Assembly (NCBI GenBank): GCA_038205065.1
Contig: JBBRCG010000004.1
Coordinates: 793 to 64,792, forward strand
Source of the DNA: Candidatus Saccharimonadales bacterium
GTDB lineage: Bacteria > Patescibacteriota > Saccharimonadia > Saccharimonadales > Saccharimonadaceae
Reading direction: 5' to 3'
Length of the DNA stretch: 64,000 nucleotides
Made by a program: the position numbers and the translations under genes
Shown: in pieces, positions 47,490 through 57,309 of the stretch
How the letters are laid out: every line of letters begins with the position of its first letter
Position numbering within the stretch: position 1 is the first letter of the stretch
Notes under the pieces: model-generated
Databases searched by the model: none
Told to the model about the DNA's origin: nothing
The model's input: only the letters and a program-made list of their open reading frames with translations

Positions 47490-48635
47490 CTAGCGCTTCG
47501 CTGCCGTCACTAGTATTTGTGCGAGATCTTTTGCCGCATCAGGCTTTGCAAATGAGTGGAGGGCTTCGGCGAGCTCACGACGGCGCGTCTCATCACGGCT
47601 TAGGGAGATAATCGCTTCACTCAGACGCGAATCATCCTCGATACCGAGGTTGTCGACGACCACGGCAGCATGTGCAGTGGCAAAGACGGTCGCATTTTTT
47701 ATCTGATCGCCAAGTTGATGAGCGGGAACAACGACAACGGCCTTTTTGAGTCCCGCAAGCTCCTGGAGGAATGTTGCACTCCCCCGGCTCACTACAATAT
47801 CGGCGGCACCGAGCAATTCATCCATATCTTCATACACGAACGGCGTAATTTTAAATCGATCATCCTTTGGTGCCTCAGCGAGGGCCTCATCGTAGCCCCC
47901 CTTCCCTGCGACGAGATAAATTGAGAGGTCGGCGTCAAGTAGCGACCGCCCTTCCCTGCTCATCGCGAGATTTATGCTCCGCGCACCGAGTCCACCACCG
48001 ACTGCGACGACGAGCAAACGGCTGGGGTCAAATCCGAATTTTTGCTTGTATGCCACTTGCTGCGCGCCACTCTTTGGGCGAAACGTATCCGCAATCGGCA
48101 CACCGACATAGGTGGCCCGATCCGAGGCATAATGATAATTTTCGAGCGGCGAACCCGTGGCAATTGCATCGGCCCACTTAGCTAAAAACCTATTGGTAAG
48201 GCCTGGTCGGGTATCGGAGTCATGAATGACAAGCGGAATACGCAAGATATGTGCCGCCAGACCAACCGGCAAACAAACGAACCCGCCCTTAGTAAACACC
48301 ACGTCTGGCTTGAAGCGTCGCATGATACCTAGGCTCTGGAAGAAGCCTCCGGCGATCCGAAAGAGATCGAGAAAATTGCTCGTGACGATTTTTGGCACAG
48401 TGAAATGTTGCCAGAATGTGAGGTGGGCATAGCGACGAAACTTCCCTGCCTGAATCACCTGGACTTTAGCGCCAACCGACTCCATGATACCTCGAGACTG
48501 CACTTCAAATGCCTTGTCACACAAGAACACCGCCTCAAGCGACTGATCTCGTTTCTTAAGCTCCCGAATTACGGCGGCGACCGGCGTAACGTGACCGCCT
48601 GATCCCCCTCCGGCTGCGAGTATTTTCACTTGCAT
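47490..48635 (-). CDS. murG: UDP-GlcNAc:lipid I transferase MurG
   Basis: GGGSGGHVTP, FTKGGFV..P, HDSD..PGLTN, GGGLGA..IN, DQIKNA. Confidence 0.96.
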   Translation of the reverse strand: MQVKILAAGGGSGGHVTPVAAVIRELKKRDQSLEAVFLCDKAFEVQSRGIMESVGAKVQVIQAGKFRRYAHLTFWQHFTVPKIVTSNFLDLFRIAGGFFQSLGIMRRFKPDVVFTKGGFVCLPVGLAAHILRIPLVIHDSDTRPGLTNRFLAKWADAIATGSPLENYHYASDRATYVGVPIADTFRPKSGAQQVAYKQKFGFDPSRLLVVAVGGGLGARSINLAMSREGRSLLDADLSIYLVAGKGGYDEALAEAPKDDRFKITPFVYEDMDELLGAADIVVSRGSATFLQELAGLKKAVVVVPAHQLGDQIKNATVFATAHAAVVVDNLGIEDDSRLSEAIISLSRDETRRRELAEALHSFAKPDAAKDLAQILVTAAKR

Positions 48636-49854
48636 CCTCCCTGTTCTCTACTATCGTATCATGAGATGTATAGCGTGACAGCTGAAATGCGAGTCCTAAC
48701 GCACCCGTAACAAAAATCATACTGGTTCCGCCAAAACTTAACAGAGGTAACGTGATGCCGGTGAGCGGAAAAATCCCTACCATCGACGCCACGTTCAAAA
48801 TAACATGTGCGACCAGCCATCCGAAAATGCCCGCAACGGCCAGTTTCATTGCCATATCTGGCATATGGTCAGTGATACGCAGCAGGCGCATCAGCAGCGA
48901 AGTGAACAGGCCGAGGATCACCGTGACGCCCACAAATCCGAACGTCTCCCCCATGATCGCGAATACTGAGTCGTTGATTGCCTCGGGTAGATATCCGGTC
49001 GCTTGGATACTGTTGCCGATTCCTCGTCCGAATAGCCCGCCAGTGCCAAGCGCGATCATCGCGTTACGGATGTGGTAACCGGCGTCATCGGCCGTGGCGC
49101 TCTGGTTGTCGCCCTGAACGAACGTCACGATACGTTCTATCCGGTGTGGCGCGATCAGAACAGAGATGACCCCGAGCACGACCGCTCCAGCCAGTAGAAG
49201 CGCCCCGATCTTCTTGGTTACCCCGCTCACCATCAGAATTGATGCAACGATTGAACCCATGGCAAGTCCCGTGCCCATGTCTTTTTGCAGGATAACGACG
49301 AAAAATAGTGACGCGAGCGTCACGCCAACGACGGGAATTATTGTTTTTTGTACATCATTTAGGAGCCCCTGACGGATACGCACCGATAAGAACGTTGCAA
49401 GATAGATGAGCAAGCCAAATTTCAAAAATTCCGCTGGTTGAAAGCTACCAAGTGGCCCAAGCTCAAACCATCGGCAGGCCCCGAGACTACACTGCGCAAC
49501 GGATGATGCGTGGAGCACATTACCGAAGAGAACGAGTAGTATGCAGAGCGCAAGTCCAGCAATCAATATTTTCTCAGCATTTTTTTGGAACCAGCGAAAC
49601 GGAATTTTCGACACGACCACAAACGCGACGATAGCCAAGGCCAGACTGATCACCTGCTTCACGACGAAGTAGGTATCGCTATAGTTTGCGCCCTGCGCAT
49701 TATTGAGAACATTCGCTCGTTGCGGTCCGATTGCATACATTACGATGAGACCAATCAGCATGAGTAACCCCATATAGAGCACGATCTGATAGTCGGGTGC
49801 GTGTGCGCGCTGGCCCGCGATTTCGTCGATACGACGCCTCACGCGTCCTATCAC
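48556..49854 (-). CDS. ftsW: SEDS family peptidoglycan polymerase FtsW/RodA
   Basis: CRWF.LGP.GSFQPAEFLK, QKDMGT, GRGIG.S...YLPEA.NDSVF, PLTGITLPLLSFGGTS. Confidence 0.92.
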   Translation of the reverse strand: MIGRVRRRIDEIAGQRAHAPDYQIVLYMGLLMLIGLIVMYAIGPQRANVLNNAQGANYSDTYFVVKQVISLALAIVAFVVVSKIPFRWFQKNAEKILIAGLALCILLVLFGNVLHASSVAQCSLGACRWFELGPLGSFQPAEFLKFGLLIYLATFLSVRIRQGLLNDVQKTIIPVVGVTLASLFFVVILQKDMGTGLAMGSIVASILMVSGVTKKIGALLLAGAVVLGVISVLIAPHRIERIVTFVQGDNQSATADDAGYHIRNAMIALGTGGLFGRGIGNSIQATGYLPEAINDSVFAIMGETFGFVGVTVILGLFTSLLMRLLRITDHMPDMAMKLAVAGIFGWLVAHVILNVASMVGIFPLTGITLPLLSFGGTSMIFVTGALGLAFQLSRYTSHDTIVENREDASENTRSRRGIRRSRYAGRRRNSGA

Positions 49855-50891
49855 TTAATATATCCTCCTGCGAGGGCGATTAAGACTCCGACAAATCCAG
49901 CCACGCAGCTGATGATCCAGAATCGCATCGTCACTTTCACCTCTGGCCAACCGCTGGCTTCAAGATGGTGATGGATCGGCGCTGAGAGGAAAATCTTGCG
50001 GTGGAACAGTCGCTTGCTCGTCATCTGCAGCAGGCTCGAACCAGCTTCAATGACAAAGAGAATGCCGATAATCGGCAACAGAAACAATGTGTCTGTCAGC
50101 ATCGCCACAACACCAAGTGTCGTGCCAAATGCGAAACTACCGACGTCGCCCATAAAGAACCTCGCTGGATAGATGTTGAACCATAGATATGCGAGTAGCG
50201 CGCCCACAACAGTGAAGCAGAACCCGGCCAGCACGGTATGTCCTTGGAGCAGTGCGATTACACCGAATGTCGCAAAGCTAACCGCCAGCATTCCACCGGC
50301 AAGACCATCGAGCCCATCCGAGATATTGGCAGCGTTACCCATCGCGACCACTGAGAATACGAAAATCGGAACGATCCAGGCACCCACTTCCCACGCGCCG
50401 AGATACGGGATATGGATCGAGGTATACCCGAGTTTTGCATAGAAAAACCAGCCGAGGATTGCCCCGAGCAGGATGATCATGAGAAACTTCAAACTTGAGC
50501 GTAACCCGGCAACGCCGCTGCCGTCACTGCGAACGTTGATCACATCATCAATGAGGCCGACTAACCCACCGCCGATAAGCGACGCCAGCGGTAGCCACGT
50601 CTGCGCACGGTCGAGGTTGAAAAAGTACGTGACAACAGTGATCGAAATAACCGAGATCACCCCTGCCATGGTCGGGATATGGCGCATGAACTTGTTTGCA
50701 TGAAGTTTCGTAAATATCTCGAGCTTCTCGCCAGAAATACTGGTAGTCCGTTGTTTTTTCCAAAACTTATACTTGTACGCGAGATGGGTATAGAGCGGCG
50801 TCAAGAGCATCGCCAGAACAAATGCCCCCACGCTGAGTATGAACACGCTGCTCATTTCTCCGGTAATTGCTTGTAGTTTCATAGTCTCCAT
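49851..50891 (-). CDS. mraY: Phospho-MurNAc-pentapeptide transferase
   Basis: PTMAG, GLIDD, NAANISDGLDGL, FMGDVGS, APIHHHLE..GW.E..V..RFW. Confidence 0.95.
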   Translation of the reverse strand: METMKLQAITGEMSSVFILSVGAFVLAMLLTPLYTHLAYKYKFWKKQRTTSISGEKLEIFTKLHANKFMRHIPTMAGVISVISITVVTYFFNLDRAQTWLPLASLIGGGLVGLIDDVINVRSDGSGVAGLRSSLKFLMIILLGAILGWFFYAKLGYTSIHIPYLGAWEVGAWIVPIFVFSVVAMGNAANISDGLDGLAGGMLAVSFATFGVIALLQGHTVLAGFCFTVVGALLAYLWFNIYPARFFMGDVGSFAFGTTLGVVAMLTDTLFLLPIIGILFVIEAGSSLLQMTSKRLFHRKIFLSAPIHHHLEASGWPEVKVTMRFWIISCVAGFVGVLIALAGGYIK

Positions 50892-50894
50892 TAT

Positions 50895-52643
50895 CTATCC
50901 TTTCGGTTCCAGCTTCAAGTAGTCGATCATCCAGTTTGAGATATCCGTAAAAATTGGTAACGCATCTTCGCCACCCTGAAGGTTCTGGTTTTTGCCCGAA
51001 AGCTCTACCATGATGACGTACCGCGGCGTCTGGCCAACTTCGCCACCGAATCCGAGATACGTACCGATCGTTTGGTTGTCGACGTATTTGCCGTTCTCGA
51101 GCGTCTGTGATGTGCCAGTTTTTCCGCCGATATAGTAGCCTGCTTTGTCATGCTTCGCATAAAATGCCTGGCGGGCCTTGTAGACCATCTCCCGAACCGT
51201 GTTTGACGTGCTCGGTTTTATCACATCAGCGTACGACTTTTTCGGCTGTGCCTTCGTGAATGTCCCCGAATCGTCAACTGTGCCCGCGATAATACTTGGC
51301 GTGTGGTAGGTGCCGCCATTGATAACTGCGCTAAATCCCGCCGAGACCTGGAGCATCGTTATATTCATGCCCTGACCAAATGTCATATTCGAGTATCGAA
51401 CCGCGTTTCCCTGCACATCTGTGGGCGGAATGATGGTGCCTTCCGCCTCATTCGCGAGCTCGATTCCCGTTTTCTGGCCGAGACGGAACTTGTCATGGAA
51501 ATACGAGTAGATGGTATTGCGTGATTTTTCAGTGATGGATGTGCCATCACCTAGCCGCTGAGCAATAGTCACCATCCCGGTGTTGAGCGACCAGTTAAGC
51601 GCGTCTTGCATGGTGATAATTCCGGTCTTCATGCCGATACTCGCATTGCTCACGATAATGTCATCGATTTTAATATGGTCCGTATTGTTGTAGGTCGAAT
51701 CGGGTGTGATCGCGCCCGTATCAACACCGGTGGATACAGTAAATGTCTTGATATCAGAGCCCGGTTCGTAAGGGTTTGAGACTGTGTTGTTATTAAACGC
51801 CGCCGGGTCAGTGACCGCATTTAAATCCGCTGGGTTGTAGGTTGGCAGATTTGCCATCGCGAGGACATTGCCCGTCTGAGGGTCCATGACGATGACGCTT
51901 CCCTTTTTGGCGCCCGTCCGTCCTAGCCCATCAGCGAGGGCTTTCTCGGCTTTCGCCTGAATGTTCCGATCGATTGTTAATACGAAATTCGTGCCATCTT
52001 GGGCGGGCGTATTGACGTTTTTATCGCCAACCGTGAGCGGCACATCGCGCACATCGGTAACCGTCTTGAGGACGCCATCTTTGCCTTTCAGTGACGCGTC
52101 GTTCGCCTGTTCAAATCCGTACTGACCGCTGCCCTCGTTATTTACGAAACCGAGAACTTGGCTCGCGAGCTGCCCTTCGGGATAGACACGCTGACTCACC
52201 GCGTCAAATCCGACACCGGCGAGCTTTGCAGATTTCAGCATCTCGGCTTGCGACCGCGAAACCTTAGTGGCGAGAACCTGATAGCGCGAATTTTTTATAT
52301 CAAGATACTGTGCAAAGTCCGTCCTAGTGTTGCCGCCAGCAACCTTGTTTATCTCATCAATTACCTGTTGTTTATCGGTGATTTCCGTCGGATCTGCCCA
52401 CACCGTATACACGGTTTCATTCATGACCAGCTTGGTCGGGGCGCCGTCATCCATCGTGTAGATTTCACCACGTTTGGCATGGAGTACAAACTGCTTGATG
52501 TACTCGCTATCCGCCTGCTGGTTATAATATTTATTTTGAATAATCTGAATATAAAATAGCCGAGCCACAAAAAGAGCCATGACACCCAATAGGAGTATGG
52601 CGAGGAGTCGGGTCCTGTTACCTTTTGTGATTCTAAAATCCAT
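50895..52643 (-). CDS. ftsI: Class B penicillin-binding protein (FtsI/PBP2-like)
   Basis: RGEIY, YEPGSDIK (SxxK), SLN (SxN), GKTGTSQ (KTG). Confidence 0.9.
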   Translation of the reverse strand: MDFRITKGNRTRLLAILLLGVMALFVARLFYIQIIQNKYYNQQADSEYIKQFVLHAKRGEIYTMDDGAPTKLVMNETVYTVWADPTEITDKQQVIDEINKVAGGNTRTDFAQYLDIKNSRYQVLATKVSRSQAEMLKSAKLAGVGFDAVSQRVYPEGQLASQVLGFVNNEGSGQYGFEQANDASLKGKDGVLKTVTDVRDVPLTVGDKNVNTPAQDGTNFVLTIDRNIQAKAEKALADGLGRTGAKKGSVIVMDPQTGNVLAMANLPTYNPADLNAVTDPAAFNNNTVSNPYEPGSDIKTFTVSTGVDTGAITPDSTYNNTDHIKIDDIIVSNASIGMKTGIITMQDALNWSLNTGMVTIAQRLGDGTSITEKSRNTIYSYFHDKFRLGQKTGIELANEAEGTIIPPTDVQGNAVRYSNMTFGQGMNITMLQVSAGFSAVINGGTYHTPSIIAGTVDDSGTFTKAQPKKSYADVIKPSTSNTVREMVYKARQAFYAKHDKAGYYIGGKTGTSQTLENGKYVDNQTIGTYLGFGGEVGQTPRYVIMVELSGKNQNLQGGEDALPIFTDISNWMIDYLKLEPKG

Positions 52644-52647
52644 GAAT

Positions 52648-52998
52648 TTACTCTGTTACGTGTTGAACGTCAGTCGGTGTTGTCATCGCTTTAGCGACAC
52701 TAGAGCTCTGAACTGTTTGCATTGCGGTAAGTCGTGCGTTCTCTACTTCGAGATCCTTTTTCTGATCACTCAGTTGCGAAATCTTATCTTGAATTTGACT
52801 AGCCGTGTAGTCAAAGCCCGAGGCTCGTGTCGCCTGCGTGAGATAGATAAGACCGAGCACTGTGATCATAAGCGCGACAAGCACCGTATGTGTGACAGGA
52901 CCTAGCTTGACAGCAGAGGCAAATGCAACCGTGTTCTGATTCCGGCCCCAGCTACCCTGACGCCTATTGCTGAATTGTACAGTACGTGTATATGACAT
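52648..52998 (-). CDS. ftsL: FtsL-like septation protein
   Basis: Single TM plus coiled coil (LSDQKKDLEVENARL); position between rsmH and the PBP. Confidence 0.7.
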   Translation of the reverse strand: MSYTRTVQFSNRRQGSWGRNQNTVAFASAVKLGPVTHTVLVALMITVLGLIYLTQATRASGFDYTASQIQDKISQLSDQKKDLEVENARLTAMQTVQSSSVAKAMTTPTDVQHVTE

Positions 52999-53103
52999 TG
53001 TGGTGGTTTTTGTTTATTGTTTATGTTCTTCCGCCGCGCTGGCAGAAACTTCCTGTATAGTGAAGTTCCTGCCGGCGAAGGGCGACGATGGCCCGTGACG
53101 GGC

Positions 53104-53169
53104 TTACTTGAATCGGACGACGACTTGCGTCTCAACTGATTCGTTTTGCACTGGGATGTGTAAAGGCAT
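53104..53169 (-). CDS. Candidate 21-aa small ORF MPLHIPVQNESVETQVVVRFK
   Basis: Strong AAGGAGAGGG SD immediately after the rsmH stop; manual translation. Confidence 0.4.
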   Translation of the reverse strand: MPLHIPVQNESVETQVVVRFK

Positions 53170-53187
53170 ATCCCTCTCCTTTTTTGT

Positions 53188-54078
53188 TTATTTTTTCACG
53201 GCGACCCGAAGTTTTGCACTTCGAGAACGCGGATTGTGAACATCTTCAGTTTCGCCTAACACGGGGTGCTTTGTCAAGACCTTTAGTTCGGCTTCGTAGC
53301 CAGACTCCGTTTGTTCGGCGAAATATCGTTTGACGAGGCGGTCTTCGAGACTGTGAAAGCTGATCACCGCCACCTTGCCTCCTGGGTTTAATAACCGCGG
53401 CAGTTCTAGTAGTGTGCGTTCAATTTGACCAAGCTCATCGTTAACGACGATTCGGATTGCTTGAAAGGTGCGTGTAGCGGGATGGATGCGACTCCATTTC
53501 CCTACATAGGCGTTTTTGATAGCATTGGCGAGTTCCTCTGTTGTGTGTAGCGGCCGACTGCGCGCGATCGCCTCTGCGTACCGACGAGCGGCACGAGGTG
53601 GTTCCTCGGCGTAGTCCCGAATCATGCGTACTAGCTCGTCTTTTGTCCATTTGTTGACAACCCTTTCGGCCGTCAATTTCTGGCGAGCATCCATTCGCAT
53701 GTCGAGTGGACCGTTATTTGTAAAAGAGAATCCTCGTTCAGCTCTATCGAGCTGAGGTGATGACACCCCCAAGTCAAGTAGTATGAGGTCGAACCGCTTG
53801 TCTTCTTCGTTGAGCTGCCGGACGGCAGTCAAAAAATCAGAGTGAAGTAGGCGCGTGCCGCGCTGTTCAATGTCATGAAGCTCCGCAATTGCGTGCTCAT
53901 CACGATCTACCAGACACGACCCCTCGTAGTTCTTCGTTATTTCTAGGATCGCTCGTGCGTGACCGCCGTACCCCGCTGTGAGGTCGAGATAAGTCTCGCC
54001 CTGCTTCGGATCAAGCAATTTACACGTCGCGTCTAGCAATACCGGAACATGAAGTGGTGGATGTTCTTTAGTACTCAT
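53188..54078 (-). CDS. rsmH: 16S rRNA m4C1402 methyltransferase
   Basis: HVPVLL, DLTAGYGGH, DLGVSSPQLD, PLDMRM, HPATRTFQAIRI.VN.EL, SFHSLEDR, NPRSRSAKLR. Confidence 0.97.
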   Translation of the reverse strand: MSTKEHPPLHVPVLLDATCKLLDPKQGETYLDLTAGYGGHARAILEITKNYEGSCLVDRDEHAIAELHDIEQRGTRLLHSDFLTAVRQLNEEDKRFDLILLDLGVSSPQLDRAERGFSFTNNGPLDMRMDARQKLTAERVVNKWTKDELVRMIRDYAEEPPRAARRYAEAIARSRPLHTTEELANAIKNAYVGKWSRIHPATRTFQAIRIVVNDELGQIERTLLELPRLLNPGGKVAVISFHSLEDRLVKRYFAEQTESGYEAELKVLTKHPVLGETEDVHNPRSRSAKLRVAVKK

Positions 54079-54151
54079 TGGATAATATTATACCACTTCC
54101 CTTTGCCACTTCCGCGCGAACGCAGTCAGCCTTAGGGGGTGGGTTTATCCG

Positions 54152-54398
54152 CTCGAGATCACCAAACTGGTAATGAAGCATGTTTGTTTTCGCTTGGAAT
54201 GTTTGTTTTTGTATAAGTGAGACGTTCGGCGCCGACTGGGGTTCTAAGAGAACTCATACCAGATTTCGCTTACTAGCCTTGAGAGACTTATGTGTGAGGT
54301 GGAGTTTTTTGGGAGGTGTTTTTTAGGGAAGGTACGCCCGACTATTTTTAATGTGGGCCGGGTACCCACTGCCTCACTACCAGATTGTTGATCTCGAG
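54152..54398 (-). ncRNA. Candidate structured RNA in the mraZ-rsmH spacer
   Basis: 29-bp long-range stem (54370-54398 with 54152-54180) with two G-U pairs and two mismatches on the minus strand; internal hairpins; C/A-rich loops. Confidence 0.45.
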
Positions 54399-54450
54399 GA
54401 TATCGATTACTGTTTGATTTTTAACGTACGGTCAAATAACGGTTGGTAAA

Positions 54451-54894
54451 CTAAAGTAATTTGTCGGGTGCACCGAGGCGCCAATATTGCCCCACGCGGA
54501 CTGCGACGATTTCATGGGAGATGCTACCGTAGTCAAGCAAATGCTGCTCGACCGTGACCCTGCCCTGTTTTTGGTCCAGTGCTTGGGCGATCTTCCCGCG
54601 ACGGAAACGCACATTGAGATCAGCGAGCGCTTCGTCGAAGATGTGATCTCCGGCAAGAGCTGGCTCCACTTCCCGATTCCAGACTTGCTGGGGGTACATA
54701 TGGAGATATTCGCCAAATCCTCGAGTGAGCACGACACCGCTGGCAAATTCCGCACGAAGTTCAGTCGGTATGGTTAACCGACGCTTGTCGTCAAGCTTTC
54801 GTTCGAAGTAGTCCATGCGTCTATCGACCCTCTTCCAGGCGTTAACGTTAGATTTTTTTAATGTAGTGGTGTTTTTGTTTTTTGGGGAAGCCAT
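54451..54894 (-). CDS. mraZ: Transcriptional regulator MraZ
   Basis: LDDKRRLTIP..LR, VLTRG....L..YP, LDQKQGRV.V..HL..Y; true start may be a downstream ATG. Confidence 0.9.
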   Translation of the reverse strand: MASPKNKNTTTLKKSNVNAWKRVDRRMDYFERKLDDKRRLTIPTELRAEFASGVVLTRGFGEYLHMYPQQVWNREVEPALAGDHIFDEALADLNVRFRRGKIAQALDQKQGRVTVEQHLLDYGSISHEIVAVRVGQYWRLGAPDKLL

Positions 54895-54904
54895 TGGCTG
54901 GTGT

Positions 54905-54956
54905 CCCGCCGTTTTCCACTAAACTCATCATACAACCCACAACTACCCACTTGCAA
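54905..54956 (-). promoter_or_regulatory. mraZ promoter with MraZ-type GTGGG direct repeats
   Basis: TTGCAA...TATGAT; GTGGG-N5-GTGGG (54946-50, 54936-40) plus GTGGA/GCGGG 10 nt apart. Confidence 0.7.
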
Positions 54957-54991
54957 GCCTATTTTTAAGAATATATTCAGGTTCGTTTTAC

Positions 54992-55013
54992 TTTTCCACA
55001 GAATTGTGGATAA
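54992..55013. promoter_or_regulatory. Inverted pair of DnaA boxes upstream of mraZ
   Basis: TTTTCCACA (1 mismatch) and TGTGGATAA (perfect). Confidence 0.6.
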
Positions 55014-55044
55014 ACTACTTATGCCTACTCCCCCGTTGGGTATC

Positions 55045-56037
55045 TTAGGCAAAGTAGATGCGCATCAATTGACGAGCGACTGCATCCGAATCATGCCGGA
55101 TAAGGCTTCGAGTGTGGGCGATCCGATCCGCGGGTTTGTTCTCGGGAGCGCGGCTCTTCGCGAGAATAGGCGCACCTCGAAATTCATAATGTTGCCGTTT
55201 GAGATCAGCCACGTCGTATGCAACCGCATATTCACCGTCATGCATGTATTTATCCATCAATCGTTTTGCGGGCATGTCGGTGTTATAGACGACGTAATCG
55301 AGGAATTCACCCCCGACAAATCGCTCTATTTCACCGGCAAAGTCCGTCACGCTCAATCCCGTTGTCGGGCCAGGCTTCGTCACGAGGTTACACACAAACA
55401 CGCACCGCGCGCTCGTCGCACGAAGCGCCTCTCCGATCTCATCGATGATAAGCGCGGGTGCGAGACTGCCATAGAGATCGCCAGGCGCGATGACGACGAG
55501 GTCAGCCTCGATGATCGCCTGCGCTGCCTTCGGATTTGCGATCGCGCGTGGTTCGAGCCAAATCTTCGGGCGCACAGCAATTTTTGAACTTTCGATAGTA
55601 GATTCACCCTTCACGGGCTTTCCGTCCGCCCCTTCGGCGCATAGCGTCACATTACTGAGAGTCACCGGTTCAACTCTACCAGTGATATTGAGCGTCTCAC
55701 TGGCGAGCTCGACAGCCTCGGCGAAGCTTCCCGTCATCTTCTCGAGCGCGGTCAGGAAGATATTTCCAAACGCGTGACCCTCGAAGCTCCCCGACTCAAA
55801 TCGATAGCTAAACAGGTCTCGGATTCGCGGCGTATCGCTCAGGGCAACGAGACACTGACGCACGTCACCCGGAGGAAGAACGCCGAATTCATCGCGCAAT
55901 TGCCCTGTCGATCCGCCATCGTCGGCCATATTCACTAACGCAGTGATCTGATCGGTATAGCGCTTGATTCCCTGCAAGAGCGTAAAGCTCCCCGTTCCGC
56001 CGCCGATCACGACAACTTTTGCCCCAGTGAGCGCCAT
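55045..56037 (-). CDS. yvcK: YvcK/GlmR (gluconeogenesis factor, CofD-like) family protein
   Basis: IGGGTG, VNMADDGGSTG.LR...GVLPPGDVRQCL.AL, GHAFGN, PG.LYGSL.P.L. Confidence 0.92.
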   Translation of the reverse strand: MALTGAKVVVIGGGTGSFTLLQGIKRYTDQITALVNMADDGGSTGQLRDEFGVLPPGDVRQCLVALSDTPRIRDLFSYRFESGSFEGHAFGNIFLTALEKMTGSFAEAVELASETLNITGRVEPVTLSNVTLCAEGADGKPVKGESTIESSKIAVRPKIWLEPRAIANPKAAQAIIEADLVVIAPGDLYGSLAPALIIDEIGEALRATSARCVFVCNLVTKPGPTTGLSVTDFAGEIERFVGGEFLDYVVYNTDMPAKRLMDKYMHDGEYAVAYDVADLKRQHYEFRGAPILAKSRAPENKPADRIAHTRSLIRHDSDAVARQLMRIYFA

Positions 56038-56038
56038 G

Positions 56039-57295
56039 CTATTGTTGTCTCAATATTTTTATGATGCGCGCGAACCACACGGCACTTGGCCGCAAGGTTC
56101 GTTTCTGTGTCGTGTAGTCAACGGCCGCGAGACCGAATCGTGGCCAACGACCTTTGTTCCACTCGAAATTGTCCGTGAGGCTCCAGTGCAAATAGCCAAA
56201 TAGCGTCACGCCCTCACCCATAGCGTTTTGCATGCCCTTGATCGTTTCACTCAGCCACCATTTTCGATCGCTGTCTTCACCATCGGCGAGGCCGTTTTCG
56301 GTTATCATCATCGGCTTGTGGTACTTTTTCCAGAGTCGCTCGAGCTCAAACTCGATATTCGCTGGCTCCATGGGTGTGCCCATATCATTAATTCTGTCCT
56401 CGGGCTCATGAATGCGATATCCGTAAAATCGCGCACTGTAATAGTAATTCACCCCTATCCAGTCAGATTTCCTGCGGACTTTTCGCAGCCAATAATCATC
56501 CATAAACCACTGCCCTATTCGAGCGGATAGTCGGGTCAGTAGCGCGTCGTCCCCGGGATACGCATAGGTGCAAAACTTTGCCGCTGCTATTTTGTAACGC
56601 CGACTCTTGCGGTGCAGCGCGTCAGCCGTGCGGTTATGAGCCACGGCGAGATTGCGATATACCTTCACTGCCTGCTTGAGGCTCCGGCGATTTGGTGGCC
56701 AGTTCCCGGTATAATAACCTTCGAACGCGTACGATTCTGGTTCATTGATCGTGATCACGTAACGGATAGACCCGCCGATTTCTTCCATGATCTTTGTAGC
56801 AAATCGAACAAAATACATGATATTGCTTCGTTTTTCAAATCCGCCCCTGTCCGTGAACCAGACAGGAAGCGTGAAATGAAACAGCGTCACAACCGGCTCG
56901 ATATTCATAGCAACAAGCTTGGCAACATAGCGCTTGTAGTGTTCGATTGCTTCCGCATCCCATACGCCTTCCTTAGGCTCGATCCGCGACCATTCGATGC
57001 TAAATCGATAGGCGTTCATATTCATGTCCTTCAGGAGCTGAAAGTCAGTTTCATAGAGGTCATAATTTTTAGTCGCTGGACCCGAGATGTAGTTCGCCGG
57101 CAGTTTCGCGTACGTTTTGACGCGCGGCCACGACTCGAGGTCGCTGTAGTGATATTCGGCTTGCATCGCGAGAGCCTTGGCATTCTCGAGTTCCCACACC
57201 GTCCATTGGTTGTGCTGGCCACCCTCTACCTGATGCGCCGACGAAGAAGCCCCCCACAAAAACCGCTTCGGAAACTTAGATACCGCTCTCACCAT
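56039..57295 (-). CDS. Glycoside hydrolase family 1
   Basis: FLWGASSSAHQVEG, YRFSIEWSRIEP, TINEP (acid/base), ITENG (nucleophile), WSLTDNFEW. Confidence 0.95.
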   Translation of the reverse strand: MVRAVSKFPKRFLWGASSSAHQVEGGQHNQWTVWELENAKALAMQAEYHYSDLESWPRVKTYAKLPANYISGPATKNYDLYETDFQLLKDMNMNAYRFSIEWSRIEPKEGVWDAEAIEHYKRYVAKLVAMNIEPVVTLFHFTLPVWFTDRGGFEKRSNIMYFVRFATKIMEEIGGSIRYVITINEPESYAFEGYYTGNWPPNRRSLKQAVKVYRNLAVAHNRTADALHRKSRRYKIAAAKFCTYAYPGDDALLTRLSARIGQWFMDDYWLRKVRRKSDWIGVNYYYSARFYGYRIHEPEDRINDMGTPMEPANIEFELERLWKKYHKPMMITENGLADGEDSDRKWWLSETIKGMQNAMGEGVTLFGYLHWSLTDNFEWNKGRWPRFGLAAVDYTTQKRTLRPSAVWFARIIKILRQQ

Positions 57296-57309
57296 ATCTT
57301 CTTAGTATA

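Noticed and set aside
54992-55013. oriC at the DnaA boxes
   Set aside because: Only two boxes, no dnaA/dnaN nearby and no AT-rich unwinding element; better explained as promoter regulation
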